DNA of 64,000 nucleotides from Spizellomyces punctatus DAOM BR117 (GCA_000182565.2 KQ257450.1); one strand, 5' to 3'; counted from the stretch's first letter, positions 23,951-33,979 are shown. Program-made: numbers and translations. Notes: generated by a model not told the origin, from the letters alone.

Positions 23951-24578
23951 CTATAAGTTTATCATATTCCTTTCTTATGTAGCTATTATATATAATAAAA
24001 GTAGAGGTTAAAATTAAGTTATCATACTACATTCCAGGACTACAATTTTTCTTTCTCTAGTACAGTTCCTTTACTACCCCCTCAGCAGAAAGGAACTAGA
24101 TATATTTCCTATTCCTGGGATAGTTATAGAGTAGTTAGTATGTAACAGACCTATCTTATTGAAGCAAGTGCAGTTCCCTGCTATATACTTGGCTATCCTA
24201 TTCTTTTCAACATTTTGCCCACCATTTTTGCTAAAGACTGCTGCTATCATTATCACCCCCAGTGTAATAATCTTGCAGCAATTGGTTCAATTGACAGGGC
24301 TTGGTTCAAGCTGCATGGTTACTATATTCTGAAGGTTCCAATCAGTGATAGCTGTCAATGTGGTATTGTGACAGATAGACTTAGTTAGGGGGATTAGTAT
24401 CTAGCCAATAGCATGTCTAAAAAGGGCATGATGGCATCAGTCCCTTTTATAGATGTATGGCAATTATCTTTATCCATTTAGGCTGTGGCAATAGGCATTA
24501 TACTATTGTTATACAGCCTAAATATTTACTCTTTTGCATGGTGAAATAATGGCAAAATATGCATTTTGGTGCATTGGG

Positions 24579-24866
24579 GTAACAATAGGCAGCTGGGACA
24601 AGAAGACTAGGAAGACTTGGGGAAAACTTGGTTATTTTATTAAAGGGAGGTGTGGGAACACTCCCTTTTTATAGACCAAAATGCCAAGGCTTCAGTTTTA
24701 TCTCTAACCAATGAAAAGAATTCTAAACTACTGAGTCACAATGTATCCTCCTCATCTTTGCAGCAAAAATTATTTTCTGCAGCTCAGTAAGGGGAATTTG
24801 TTTCAGACACATGTCTCTGACTCACATTTTGCTTTCAGGAGCATGACTTGCCTAATTTAGATAAAT
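24579..24866. repeat. Left arm of a diverged inverted repeat (partner 32650-33021)
   Basis: Its reverse complement aligns by eye with 32650-33021 (e.g. CATGCTCCTGAAA, TCTGAAACAAATTC, TTTTCATTGGTTAGAG, AATAACCAAGTTTT). Confidence 0.85.
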
Positions 24867-25037
24867 CAACCTTTAGACATGCCTCCTTACTAACATTTGT
24901 TTCAGGGATGTGTGCCTGCCATTTTAAGACTAATGAACTTGCACTGAAAATCTCTAAGTCCAAACTACTACACTACTGATACTACTGACTGACTAACTAA
25001 CTGAAGACAAAGTAACTAACAGAAGAATTCTTTTACA

Positions 25038-25297
25038 AATCAACACCATTTCAAGAGTTTACAGGCAGTAAACCAGCTCTCCAGCATCTTAGAGTGCTTG
25101 GCTGCATGGCCTACACTCATATTCCAAAGGAAAAGTGGTGAAAACTTGATGAGGAGGCCAAGAAGGCAGTTGTGGTCAGCTACAGCACTCAGAGTATGGC
25201 CTACAGACTGTGGGTACCTGAAATGAACCAAGTTGTCATTTCAAGGGATGTCATCTTTGATGAAAACTTGATGTGGAGCCCTCAGCAGTGGCTGCAG
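25038..25297 (+). pseudogene. Older inverted fragment of the same copia family (post-integrase-core region)
   Basis: Translates STPFQEFTGSKPALQHLRVLGCMAYTHIPKEKW*KLDEEAKK...YRLWVPEMNQVVISRDVIFDENLMWS, a diverged copy of 27370-27115 on the opposite strand. Confidence 0.9.
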
Positions 25298-27370
25298 TTT
25301 AAGATGCTTCTCCTTGGGTAAAGCCTTGGTGAGAATGTCAGCCATCATTTCTTCTGTCTGACAGTACTTGAGGCTGATTTTCTTGTCTTCTACTGCTTGT
25401 CTGATGAAGTGGTGCCACACATCAATGTGTTTGGTCCGTGCATGATGTGTTGGGTTGTTGGCAAGTGCTATGGCACCCTGATTGTCACCATACAATGTTG
25501 TAGGACCACTTTGCTGATGTCCTAGCTCGCCTAGAAGTGTTCTGAACCAGATAACTTCCTTGGTAGCTTGACAAAGAGCCATGTACTCTGACTCTGTTGA
25601 TGATAGGGCAACTGTAGGTTGCCTCTTGCTTTGCCAGCTGACTGTGCTGCTGCCAATCTTGACTAAGAAGCCAGTGGTAGACTTCCTGAAGTCCAAATCA
25701 CTGCCCCAATCTGCATCAGAGTATGCAGATAGCTCCCACTTGCTCTGAATGCCACCCAGTTGAAGTCCTAGGTCTGTGGTGCTATTCAGGTACCGCAAGA
25801 TCCATTTGACTGCTATCCAGTGCTGATGTCCGGGGTTGGAAAGATACTGGCTAACTGATCCAACTGCTGCTGCTATGTCTGGTCTGGTGCCCAGCATTGC
25901 ATAAATGAGACTTCCAACAGCACTTCTGAAAGGAACCCCGTTCATTTCTTGCTGTTCTGCCTCAGTTTGTGGTGACATGGCCTTGGTGAGCTTCTGGCCA
26001 TTCTCTAGTGGTGTGGCAACTGGTTTGCTGTTACTCATATTGAATTTCTTCAATGTTTGACTGAGGTATCGCTGTTGGGAGAGCCAGATTGACCTGTTGG
26101 CTCTGTCCCTGACCACTTGGATGCCGAGAAAATGCTCTAACTGGCCCATATCAGCCATCTTGAACCGCTTCTTGAGTTCTTCTTTGAGTTTTAACAACTC
26201 CTGGTCGTCCTTTGATGCCAGAATAAGGTCATCCACATACAGGATAAGGTGGATGCCCATCTTCTTGTTGATGTACAGCCCGTGGTCTGATTCACACCTT
26301 TCAAAGCCAAGTTCTTTGAGTTGCCCATCAATGACTTTGTTCCAGGCTCTTGGAGCTTGCTTTAACCCATACAAACTCTTCTTTAGCTTGCAGACAAGTC
26401 CATTTGCCGTGGTGAAGCCTTCTGGTTGGTCCATGTAGATGTCCTCCTCAATGGTCCCATTCAAGAATGCTGTTTTGACATCCATTTGGTGAATCTCCAT
26501 GTCCTTCACGGCTGCTAGTGTCAGGACCGTCCTGATGGTTGCAAACTTGACTACTGGGGCAAATGTCTCCTTGTAGTCCAGTCCTTCAACTTGGGAGTAT
26601 CCTTTGGCTACCAGTCTGGCCTTGTAGCGCTCTACAGAGCCATCTGACTTGAGTTTCAGCTTGAAAACCCACTTGCAGCCAACTGTGGATCTTCCTGGTG
26701 GTAGTTTGACTAAGTCCCATGTCTGATTCTCCATCAGAGAGTCATATTCTGCTTTGACAGCCGCCTCCCACTGTTTGGCATCATATCTGGTCCTAGCTTC
26801 AGCCAGAGTGCTGGGTTCTTCCTGTGGAACTTCCCCAATGGTGAAGGCAAAGGCCAGGTTTGACTGAGTTGGCTTTGCAATCCACCACTCTCCCGGTGGT
26901 TTGTGAAATCTGGCACTCTTCCTGCTGAGTTCTGGCACTTCCTCAGCATCCTGGAAGTCGTCCCCATCATCTTCTGATGCTGAAGAATTGTCTGGAGTGA
27001 TGCTAGATGGTCTCTGGGTCTCTTGGACCGTCCCTAGCCCTTCTTGGTCATCCAAGAACAAAGGCTCCCCTCCCAGAGGCATCTGTAGCTCTTGGTCTTG
27101 CTGTGGTACACTCTGCAGTCGCTGCTGAGTGCTCCACATCAAGTTTTCATCAAAGATGATGTCCCTAGACATGACAACTTGATTCATTTCAGGTACCCAC
27201 AATCTGTAGGCCTTACTCTGAGTGCTGTAGCTGACCATGACTGCCTTCTTGGCCTTCTCATCAAGTTTTGACCGCTTTTCTTTTGAAATATGAGTGTAGG
27301 CCACGCAGCCAAACACTCTGAGATGCTGGAGAGCTGGTTTACCGCCTGTAAACTCTTGAAATGGTGTTGA
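25241..27370 (-). CDS. Copia pol distal part (IN C-terminus, reverse transcriptase, RNase H), in frame with the upstream ORF behind a TAA
   Basis: YKARLVAKGYSQ, QMDVKTAFLNG, LYGLKQAPRAW, LYVDD, YSDADW, ADILTKAL; the last ~17 codons come from the adjoining inverted fragment. Confidence 0.9.
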   Translation of the reverse strand, partial: STPFQEFTGGKPALQHLRVFGCVAYTHISKEKRSKLDEKAKKAVMVSYSTQSKAYRLWVPEMNQVVMSRDIIFDENLMWSTQQRLQSVPQQDQELQMPLGGEPLFLDDQEGLGTVQETQRPSSITPDNSSASEDDGDDFQDAEEVPELSRKSARFHKPPGEWWIAKPTQSNLAFAFTIGEVPQEEPSTLAEARTRYDAKQWEAAVKAEYDSLMENQTWDLVKLPPGRSTVGCKWVFKLKLKSDGSVERYKARLVAKGYSQVEGLDYKETFAPVVKFATIRTVLTLAAVKDMEIHQMDVKTAFLNGTIEEDIYMDQPEGFTTANGLVCKLKKSLYGLKQAPRAWNKVIDGQLKELGFERCESDHGLYINKKMGIHLILYVDDLILASKDDQELLKLKEELKKRFKMADMGQLEHFLGIQVVRDRANRSIWLSQQRYLSQTLKKFNMSNSKPVATPLENGQKLTKAMSPQTEAEQQEMNGVPFRSAVGSLIYAMLGTRPDIAAAVGSVSQYLSNPGHQHWIAVKWILRYLNSTTDLGLQLGGIQSKWELSAYSDADWGSDLDFRKSTTGFLVKIGSSTVSWQSKRQPTVALSSTESEYMALCQATKEVIWFRTLLGELGHQQSGPTTLYGDNQGAIALANNPTHHARTKHIDVWHHFIRQAVEDKKISLKYCQTEEMMADILTKALPKEKHLKLQPLLRAPHQVFIKDDIP

Positions 27371-29230
27371 TTAGTTGCTGAGTGCTGCAGTGGGGCTCCT
27401 GGTCCTGAGATAGACTGCTGTCATGATTGCCTCGCCCCAGAACTTGTAGCTGAGTCCACTGTGGTGCAGCATGCACCTTCCCATTTCCACCAGCGTTCTG
27501 TTCATCCTCTCAGCAACACCATTCTGCTCTGGTGTGTAGGGGGTGCTGAATTGCTGCTGAATTCCCTTCTGCTTGCAGAATTTCTTGAATTCTTCGCCCA
27601 CATACTCTCCCCCATTGTCTGATCTGAGAGTTTTGATCTTCTGCCCCGTGAAGTTGGTTGCCCAGGCCTCAAACTCCTTGAATTTGCTGAGAACCTCACT
27701 CTTCTCCTTCAGAAGATAAACTGCCGTCATCCTTGACTTGTCATCAATGAATGTGACAAAGTACTTTGCCCCACCATGACTTGGTGTCTTCATGGGCCCA
27801 CACACATCACTGTGAACCACCCCCAGCAGTAGAGCCGCTCTAGCTGCTTCTCCCTTTGGAAAGGGACGCCTGGTGATCTTTCCAATGGCACAGGCTTCAC
27901 ATGGTGATGTTTCTGTGTGACTCTTGACCTCCAGACCGCTTCCCAGCTGGTTCCTAGCCAAGATTTTGATGCTGTTGACGTTCAGGTGTCCTAACCTGCG
28001 ATGCCAGAGGTCCAAACTCATTCCAGAGGCTATGTTTGCATGTTCTCTTGCATGAAACATGTATAGACCGCCGCCTAGAGTTCCCTGGATTGCTTCCTGA
28101 CTGTCTGAAGTCTTGATACAGCATCCCTTGCTGCCAAACTCAACTTTGGCACCGTTTTCAGTGGCTCTTCTTACTGAAAACAAGTTCTTTTCAAGCTTGG
28201 GAACAAACCACACGTCTCTGAGGGTACAGAATCGGTTTCTGCCTGTCTCAAGTGTGATCTGGCCCTTCCCTATTGCCTGAACTGTTCTGTTGTCCGCCAG
28301 ATGGACTTGAATTGGTGACATTTCCGTGTAATTGGTCATCCAATCCTTCCTGTGTGACATGTGCTGTGAAGCACCCGAGTCCACAATCCACCAGACTGCT
28401 CCCTGAGAGGTTTTGGTGTCATCTCCCGACTGAGCAAAGAATAGGAACTCATTCTGAGTTGCCTGACTGGTGCTGGCTTGATTGGCTTGTTGTTTGGTGT
28501 CCGCCAGAAACTTCCTGCAGTCCTTCTTGAAGTGGCCTTTCTTGTTGCAATAGAAGCACTTCCCTGCTATCTTCTTGGTCCCACCATGCTTGCCAACCTT
28601 CTGCCCGCCATCCCTGCTGAAAAAGGCCTTCCCTTTGCTATCTCCTTCACCCCCAGCTTCCTTCCTGCGTGTTTCTTCATGCAAAAGCTGTGATGTGAGG
28701 AATTCCAGCGTCAGAGAATCACTCCTGGCCTCCAAAGACACCACCAGCTGTTCATAACTCTCTGGTAGGCTGTAGAGTAGGGTGATGACTTGGTCTTCTT
28801 CACTGACTGGCGCCCCAATGGCCTCCAACTGCTGAGCCATTGTCCTGACTGTGTTTATGTGTCCCAACATGCCCCCAGTGCCATCTTCCATCTTCAGAGT
28901 GAGAAATTTCCTCCTTAGATAGAGCCTACTGGCAATTCCCTTCCTTTGGTGGACGTCACTGAGCTTTAACCAGGCCTCTTTTGCAGTTACAGCGGTCTGT
29001 ACATGCATGAGTTGGGCATCACTCAGTGACAAGGCAATGACAGCCAATGCCCGCTCATCCCTTCTCCTCCAATCCTTCTCAGAGGTTCCCTCCACGCTCT
29101 GATCCCCCTCAATCACACCCCACAGCCCCTTTTCCTTCAGCAACATCATCATTTTGAACTTCCAGAGGTGGTAGTTCACACCATTGAACTTTTCCATCGT
29201 GAGTTTGGTGTCCAAGTCCGTGTTTGACAT
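27371..29230 (-). CDS. Copia gag-protease-integrase ORF (copy A)
   Basis: CFYCNKKGHFKKDC knuckle, WIVDSGASQHM protease, LWHRRLGH...CEAC, HSDVCGP...LRSDNGGEY...PEQNGVAERMNRTL. Confidence 0.95.
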   Translation of the reverse strand: MSNTDLDTKLTMEKFNGVNYHLWKFKMMMLLKEKGLWGVIEGDQSVEGTSEKDWRRRDERALAVIALSLSDAQLMHVQTAVTAKEAWLKLSDVHQRKGIASRLYLRRKFLTLKMEDGTGGMLGHINTVRTMAQQLEAIGAPVSEEDQVITLLYSLPESYEQLVVSLEARSDSLTLEFLTSQLLHEETRRKEAGGEGDSKGKAFFSRDGGQKVGKHGGTKKIAGKCFYCNKKGHFKKDCRKFLADTKQQANQASTSQATQNEFLFFAQSGDDTKTSQGAVWWIVDSGASQHMSHRKDWMTNYTEMSPIQVHLADNRTVQAIGKGQITLETGRNRFCTLRDVWFVPKLEKNLFSVRRATENGAKVEFGSKGCCIKTSDSQEAIQGTLGGGLYMFHAREHANIASGMSLDLWHRRLGHLNVNSIKILARNQLGSGLEVKSHTETSPCEACAIGKITRRPFPKGEAARAALLLGVVHSDVCGPMKTPSHGGAKYFVTFIDDKSRMTAVYLLKEKSEVLSKFKEFEAWATNFTGQKIKTLRSDNGGEYVGEEFKKFCKQKGIQQQFSTPYTPEQNGVAERMNRTLVEMGRCMLHHSGLSYKFWGEAIMTAVYLRTRSPTAALSN

Positions 29231-29395
29231 GTCTGAGCTGATTTGGTGAGTGGATTTGTTGTTGGGGAAGAGGTGAAATCATCCTGGTATGGTAGGTGGT
29301 CCAAATATGAGGTTGGGAAGAAGATAGGTCCGTCAGGAAGATGGTGTGGCTGTCAGAAAAGAGATTTGAAGCAGGAAAATATCAGTGATAGCTAT

Positions 29396-29409
29396 CAGGG
29401 CTCATAACC
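29396..29409 (-). promoter_or_regulatory. Primer-binding site GGTTATGAGCCCTG, complementary to the initiator-tRNA-Met anticodon arm
   Basis: Abuts the LTR; the + strand CAGGGCTCATAACC equals the fungal tRNA-iMet anticodon stem-loop sequence. Confidence 0.9.
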
Positions 29410-29922
29410 TATTGAAACTTAGCGCTTGGAACACTGATTTCCCATGTAGAAATCACTTCTGAAAGGCCTAGTAATGCCTGTGGCCGCTAGTAAGACTTCT
29501 GGGTGCAGTAACTTGTGGGATAACATGCTTGTATTAATCCAGAGACGTTCAAAAGTCCCCTTTATATAACCCAGTACATTCTCCAGCCTCCCTCTGCCTT
29601 TGTTTACTGTTTACATGCTTCAGCCCACTTGTTTACATGCTCAGCCGTGCTCAGCAGTGCTCAGCAGCTTCAGCCATGCCTTGGCAAACATTACATGAAG
29701 ATCTAGATCGTCACAAACCTTCCAGACCTTCTAAGAGTGCTTACATGATGATTTACCCCTTTAAATCATTCCCACGCGCATCTGTGATCATTCTGATTAC
29801 TCTAAGTCCAATTCCCTACGTTGTAACTTAGCCAGATCAGATGTGAACTGTCTAATGACATCCCAGCATGATCTCACATGATTTATAGATCATACAGCGT
29901 GGTTTAAGCCTGAATCTCAACA
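29410..29922 (-). repeat. LTR of copy A (513 bp, 5'-TGTTGA...TCAATA-3')
   Basis: Near-identical to 32137-32649 (offset 2727); TATA-like TTATATAAAGG on the minus strand; internal short repeats TGTTTACATGCT and TGCTCAGC. Confidence 0.95.
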
Positions 29923-30097
29923 CCCACAATCTGTAGGCCTTACTCTGAGTGCTGTAGCCGACCATGACTGCCTTCTTGGCCTTCTCATCAAGTTTTGACT
30001 GCTTTTCTTTTGAAATATGAGTGTAGGCCACGCAGCCAAACACTCTGAGATGCTGGAGAGCTGGTTTACCGCCTGTAAACTCTTGAAATGGTGTTGA

Positions 30098-31957
30098 TTA
30101 GTTGCTGAGTGCTGCAGTGGGGCTCCTGGTCCTGAGATAGACTGCTGTCATGATTGCCTCGCCCCAGAACTTGTAGCTGAGTCCACTGTGGTGCAGCATG
30201 CACCTTCCCATTTCCACCAGCGTTCTGTTCATCCTCTCAGCAACACCATTCTGCTCTGGTGTGTAGGGGGTGCTGAATTGCTGCTGAATTCCCTTCTGCT
30301 TGCAGAATTTCTTGAATTCTTCGCCCACATACTCTCCCCCATTGTCTGATCTGAGAGTTTTGATCTTCTGCCCCGTGAAGTTGGTTGCCCAGGCCTCAAA
30401 CTCCTTGAATTTGCTGAGAACCTCACTCTTCTCCTTCAGAAGATAAACTGCCGTCATCCTTGACTTGTCATCAATGAATGTGACAAAGTACTTTGCCCCA
30501 CCATGACTTGGTGTCTTCATGGGCCCACACACATCACTGTGAACCACCCCCAGCAGTAGAGCCACTCTAGCTGCTTCTCCCTTTGGAAAGGGACGCCTGG
30601 TGATCTTTCCAATGGCACAGGCTTCACATGGTGATGTTTCTGTTTGACTCTTGACCTCCAGACCGCTTCCCAGCTGGTTCCTAGCCAAGATTTTGATGCT
30701 GTTGACGTTCAGGTGTCCTAACCAGTGATGCCAGAGGTCCAAACTCATTCCAGAGGCTATGTTTGCATGTTCTCTTGCATGAAACATGTATAGACCGCCA
30801 CCTAGAGTTCCCTGGATTGCTTCCTGACCGTCTGAAGTCTTGATACAGCATCCCTTGCTGCCAAACTCAACTTTGGCACCGTTTTCAGTGGCTCTTCTTA
30901 CTGAAAACAAGTTCTTTTCAAGCTTGGGAACAAACCACACGTCTCTGAGGGTACAGAATCGGTTTCTGCCTGTCTCAAGTGTGATCTGGCCCTTCCCTAT
31001 TGCCTGAACTGTTCTGTTGTCCACCAGATGGACTTGAATTGGTGACATTTCCGTGTAATTGGTCATCCAATCCTTCCTGTGTGACATGTGCTGTGAAGCA
31101 CCCGAGTCCACAATCCACCAGACTGCTCCCTGAGAGGTTTTGGTGTCATCTCCCAACTGAGCAAAGAATAGGAACTCATTCTGAGTTGCCTGACTGGTGC
31201 TGGCATGATTGGCTTGTTGTTTGGTGTCCGCCAGAAACTTCCTGCAGTCCTTCTTGAAGTGACCCTTCTTGTTGCAATAGAAGCACTTCCCTGCTATCTT
31301 CTTGGTCCCACCATGCTTGCCAACCTTCTGCCTGCCATCCCTGATAAAAAAGGCCTTCCCTTTGCTATCGCCTTCACTCCCAGCTTCCTTCCTGCGTGTT
31401 TCTTCATGCAAAAGCCGTGATGTGAGGAATTCCAGTGTCAGAGAATCACTCCTGGCCTCCAAAGACACCACCAGCTGTTCATAACTCTCTGGTAGGCTGT
31501 AGAGTAGGGTGATGACTTGGTCTTCTTCACTGACTGGCACCCCAATGGCCTCCAACTGCTGAGCCATTGTCCTGACCATGTTTATATGTCCCAACATGCC
31601 CCCAGCACCATCTTCCATCTTCACAGTGAGAAATTTCCTCCTCAGATAGAGCCTACTGGCGATCCCCTTCCTTTGGTGGACATCACTGAGCTTTAACCAG
31701 GCCTCTTTTGCAGTTACAGCGGTCTGTACATGCATGAGTTGGGCATCACTCAGTGACAAGGCAATGACAGCCAATGCCCGCTCATCCCTTCTCCTCCAAT
31801 CCTTCTCAGAGGTTCCCTCCATGCTCTGATCCCCCTCAATCACACCCCACAGCCCCTTTTCCTTCAGCAACATCATCATTTTGAACTTCCAGAGGTGGTA
31901 GTTCACACCATTGAACTTTTCCATCGTGAGTTTGGTGTCCAAGTCCGTGTTTGACAT
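30098..31957 (-). CDS. Copia gag-protease-integrase ORF (copy B)
   Basis: 619 aa, same motifs and same terminal TAA as copy A. Confidence 0.95.
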   Translation of the reverse strand: MSNTDLDTKLTMEKFNGVNYHLWKFKMMMLLKEKGLWGVIEGDQSMEGTSEKDWRRRDERALAVIALSLSDAQLMHVQTAVTAKEAWLKLSDVHQRKGIASRLYLRRKFLTVKMEDGAGGMLGHINMVRTMAQQLEAIGVPVSEEDQVITLLYSLPESYEQLVVSLEARSDSLTLEFLTSRLLHEETRRKEAGSEGDSKGKAFFIRDGRQKVGKHGGTKKIAGKCFYCNKKGHFKKDCRKFLADTKQQANHASTSQATQNEFLFFAQLGDDTKTSQGAVWWIVDSGASQHMSHRKDWMTNYTEMSPIQVHLVDNRTVQAIGKGQITLETGRNRFCTLRDVWFVPKLEKNLFSVRRATENGAKVEFGSKGCCIKTSDGQEAIQGTLGGGLYMFHAREHANIASGMSLDLWHHWLGHLNVNSIKILARNQLGSGLEVKSQTETSPCEACAIGKITRRPFPKGEAARVALLLGVVHSDVCGPMKTPSHGGAKYFVTFIDDKSRMTAVYLLKEKSEVLSKFKEFEAWATNFTGQKIKTLRSDNGGEYVGEEFKKFCKQKGIQQQFSTPYTPEQNGVAERMNRTLVEMGRCMLHHSGLSYKFWGEAIMTAVYLRTRSPTAALSN

Positions 31958-32136
31958 GTCTGAGCTGATTTGGTGAGTGGATTTGTTGTTGGGGAAGAGG
32001 TGAAATCATCCTGGTATGGTAGGTGGTCCAAATATGAGGTTGGGAAGAAGATAGGTCCATCAGGAAGGTGGTGTGGCCATCAGAAAAGAGATTTGAAGCA
32101 GGAAAATATCAGTGATAGCTATCAGGGCTCATAACC

Positions 32137-32649
32137 TATTGAAACTTAGCGCTTGGAACACTGATTTCCCATGTAGAAATCACTTCTGAAAGGCCTAGTA
32201 ATGCCTGTGGCCGCTAGTAAGGCTTCTGGGTGCAGTAACTTGTGGGATAACACACTTGTATTAATCCAGAGACGTTCAAAAGTCCCCTTTATATAACCCA
32301 GTACATTCTCCAGCCTCCCTCCACCTTTGTTTACTGTTTACATGCTTCAGCCCACTTGTTTACATGCTCAGCCGTGCTCAGCAGTGCTCAGCAGCTTCAG
32401 CCATGCCTTGGCAAACATTACATGAAGATCTAGATCGTCACAAACCTTCCAGACCTTCTAAGAGTGCTTACATGATGATTTACCCCTTTAAATCATTCCC
32501 ACGCGCATCTGTGATCATTCTGATTACTCTAAGTCCAATTCCCTACGTTGTAACTTAGCCAGATCAGATGTGAACTGTCTAATGACATCCCAGCATGATC
32601 TCACATGATTTATAGATCATACAGCATGGTTTAAGCCTGAATCTCAACA
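32137..32649 (-). repeat. LTR of copy B (PBS at 32123-32136)
   Basis: Duplicate of 29410-29922 with a handful of transitions. Confidence 0.95.
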
Positions 32650-33021
32650 ATTTCAACTAAAAGAGGCAAGACATGCTCCTGAAAACAAAATCTAAGTCAG
32701 GACACATGTCTGAAACAAATTCTGCTCACTGAGCAACAGAAAAAAATTATTGCTGCAAAGATAAGGAGGATATAGTCAGTGACCATATATTAACTATATT
32801 AAATGAGAGAAATCATCATGTGCAGTCATAAGGGGATGGATGAAAATGTGCACATACTGTACATTATGAGTCAGTAGTATAGAAGTCTTTTCATTGGTTA
32901 GAGCTAAATCAAAAGTTGACATTTTTGTTTATAAAAATGGAGTGTCCCCCCCTCCCCAATAGAATAACCAAGTTTTTTCCCAAGTTTTCCTAGTCATTTT
33001 GTCCCTCCTGCCTATTGCTAC
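32650..33021. repeat. Right arm of the diverged inverted repeat (with a ~85-bp insertion around 32773-32858)
   Basis: Reverse-complement similarity to 24579-24866. Confidence 0.85.
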
Positions 33022-33024
33022 AGT

Positions 33025-33339
33025 GGTGGTAGCTAAAGGGTACTCCCAAGTTGAAGCATTGCACAATATGGAGACATTTACTCCAGTAATCACATTTGGC
33101 AGCATCAGGATAGTTCTCAGACTGGTAGCTATGAAGGCTGTGGAAATGACATGAAAACAGCATTTCTGAATGGGACCATTGAGGAGGACATCTAAATGGA
33201 GCAACCAGAAGACTTTATAAAGCAAATACTGCAAGCTAAGGAAGAGCTTGTCTGGGTTAATGGAACCTCCAGGAGCCTGGAGCAAAGGATTGATGGCCAA
33301 CTCAAAGAACTTGGCTTTGAGAGGTGTGAATCAGACCAT
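33025..33339 (+). pseudogene. Degenerate copia reverse-transcriptase fragment
   Basis: VVAKGYSQVE...ETF.PV...KTAFLNGTIEEDI*MEQPE...IDGQLKELGFERCESDH with stops and frameshifts; homologous to copy A RT. Confidence 0.9.
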
Positions 33340-33979
33340 ACTACACCTGATAATTGCAGTTTAGTAGGTGACTCCAGTAAGTTATAGTACAGGTATCCCA
33401 CTGGCTAAAAAATAATATTAGCTATATATATTATATATACTATACTAAGTAAAATATTTGCCAGAAAAGAAAAGTCTGGTACAGTACTACTGAAAACAGG
33501 AAAACAAAGACAGTCCTTTAGGTAGCAGAATTGTGGCATAAACTAAAAATATTTACAGAAAAACCTTGCAAGAATAGCAGGTGAGACTCCAAACAGTATA
33601 CTATCCAAAGTTAGCATTTCCCTTTCTAGATAATAGGAACCCAGCTGCATCCACCTATAGACTGATTACCTATATATATACTATCAGATACTGGTCCATT
33701 TAAGCCAAATCAGTACACTTTGCCTCTTGCCCTAGTTTTGAAACCTTTGTTTCAGGTTCTGTAACCCTCCCTCCAATTCAGTAAGACCTGTTACCACTAT
33801 GGGGCAGTCATAAATCAATTACACACAGCACAGGTATATTGTTTTTATTTGGGGTTGTTATCCCTCTGGAGTGTATGTCACCAGTTTGTATTATTATCAA
33901 TTAGGTGTAACTAGTATCCCTAGCTATGTGCCTTATATTTTTTTACATTTGTCTGCTGGCACTACTAACAGCAACTTTG

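Larger units (their letters stand above)
25292..29922 (-). mobile_element. Ty1/copia LTR retrotransposon copy A: 5' LTR, PBS, gag-PR-IN, RT-RNaseH; PPT and 3' LTR missing
   Basis: Domain order gag, zinc knuckle, protease, integrase, RT, RNase H; LTR and PBS upstream. Confidence 0.97.
29923..32649 (-). mobile_element. Ty1/copia copy B: LTR, PBS, gag-PR-IN, pol cut at ...KAYRLWV by the LTR of copy A
   Basis: Colinear near-identical duplicate of copy A up to 29923, where the intact LTR end of copy A begins. Confidence 0.95.

Noticed and set aside
27371..27373. TAA reassigned to an amino acid (alternative genetic code)
   Set aside because: Host genes in the window end in TAA at expected positions (FAH, FOL1), and no in-frame TAA is needed within their reconstructed exons.
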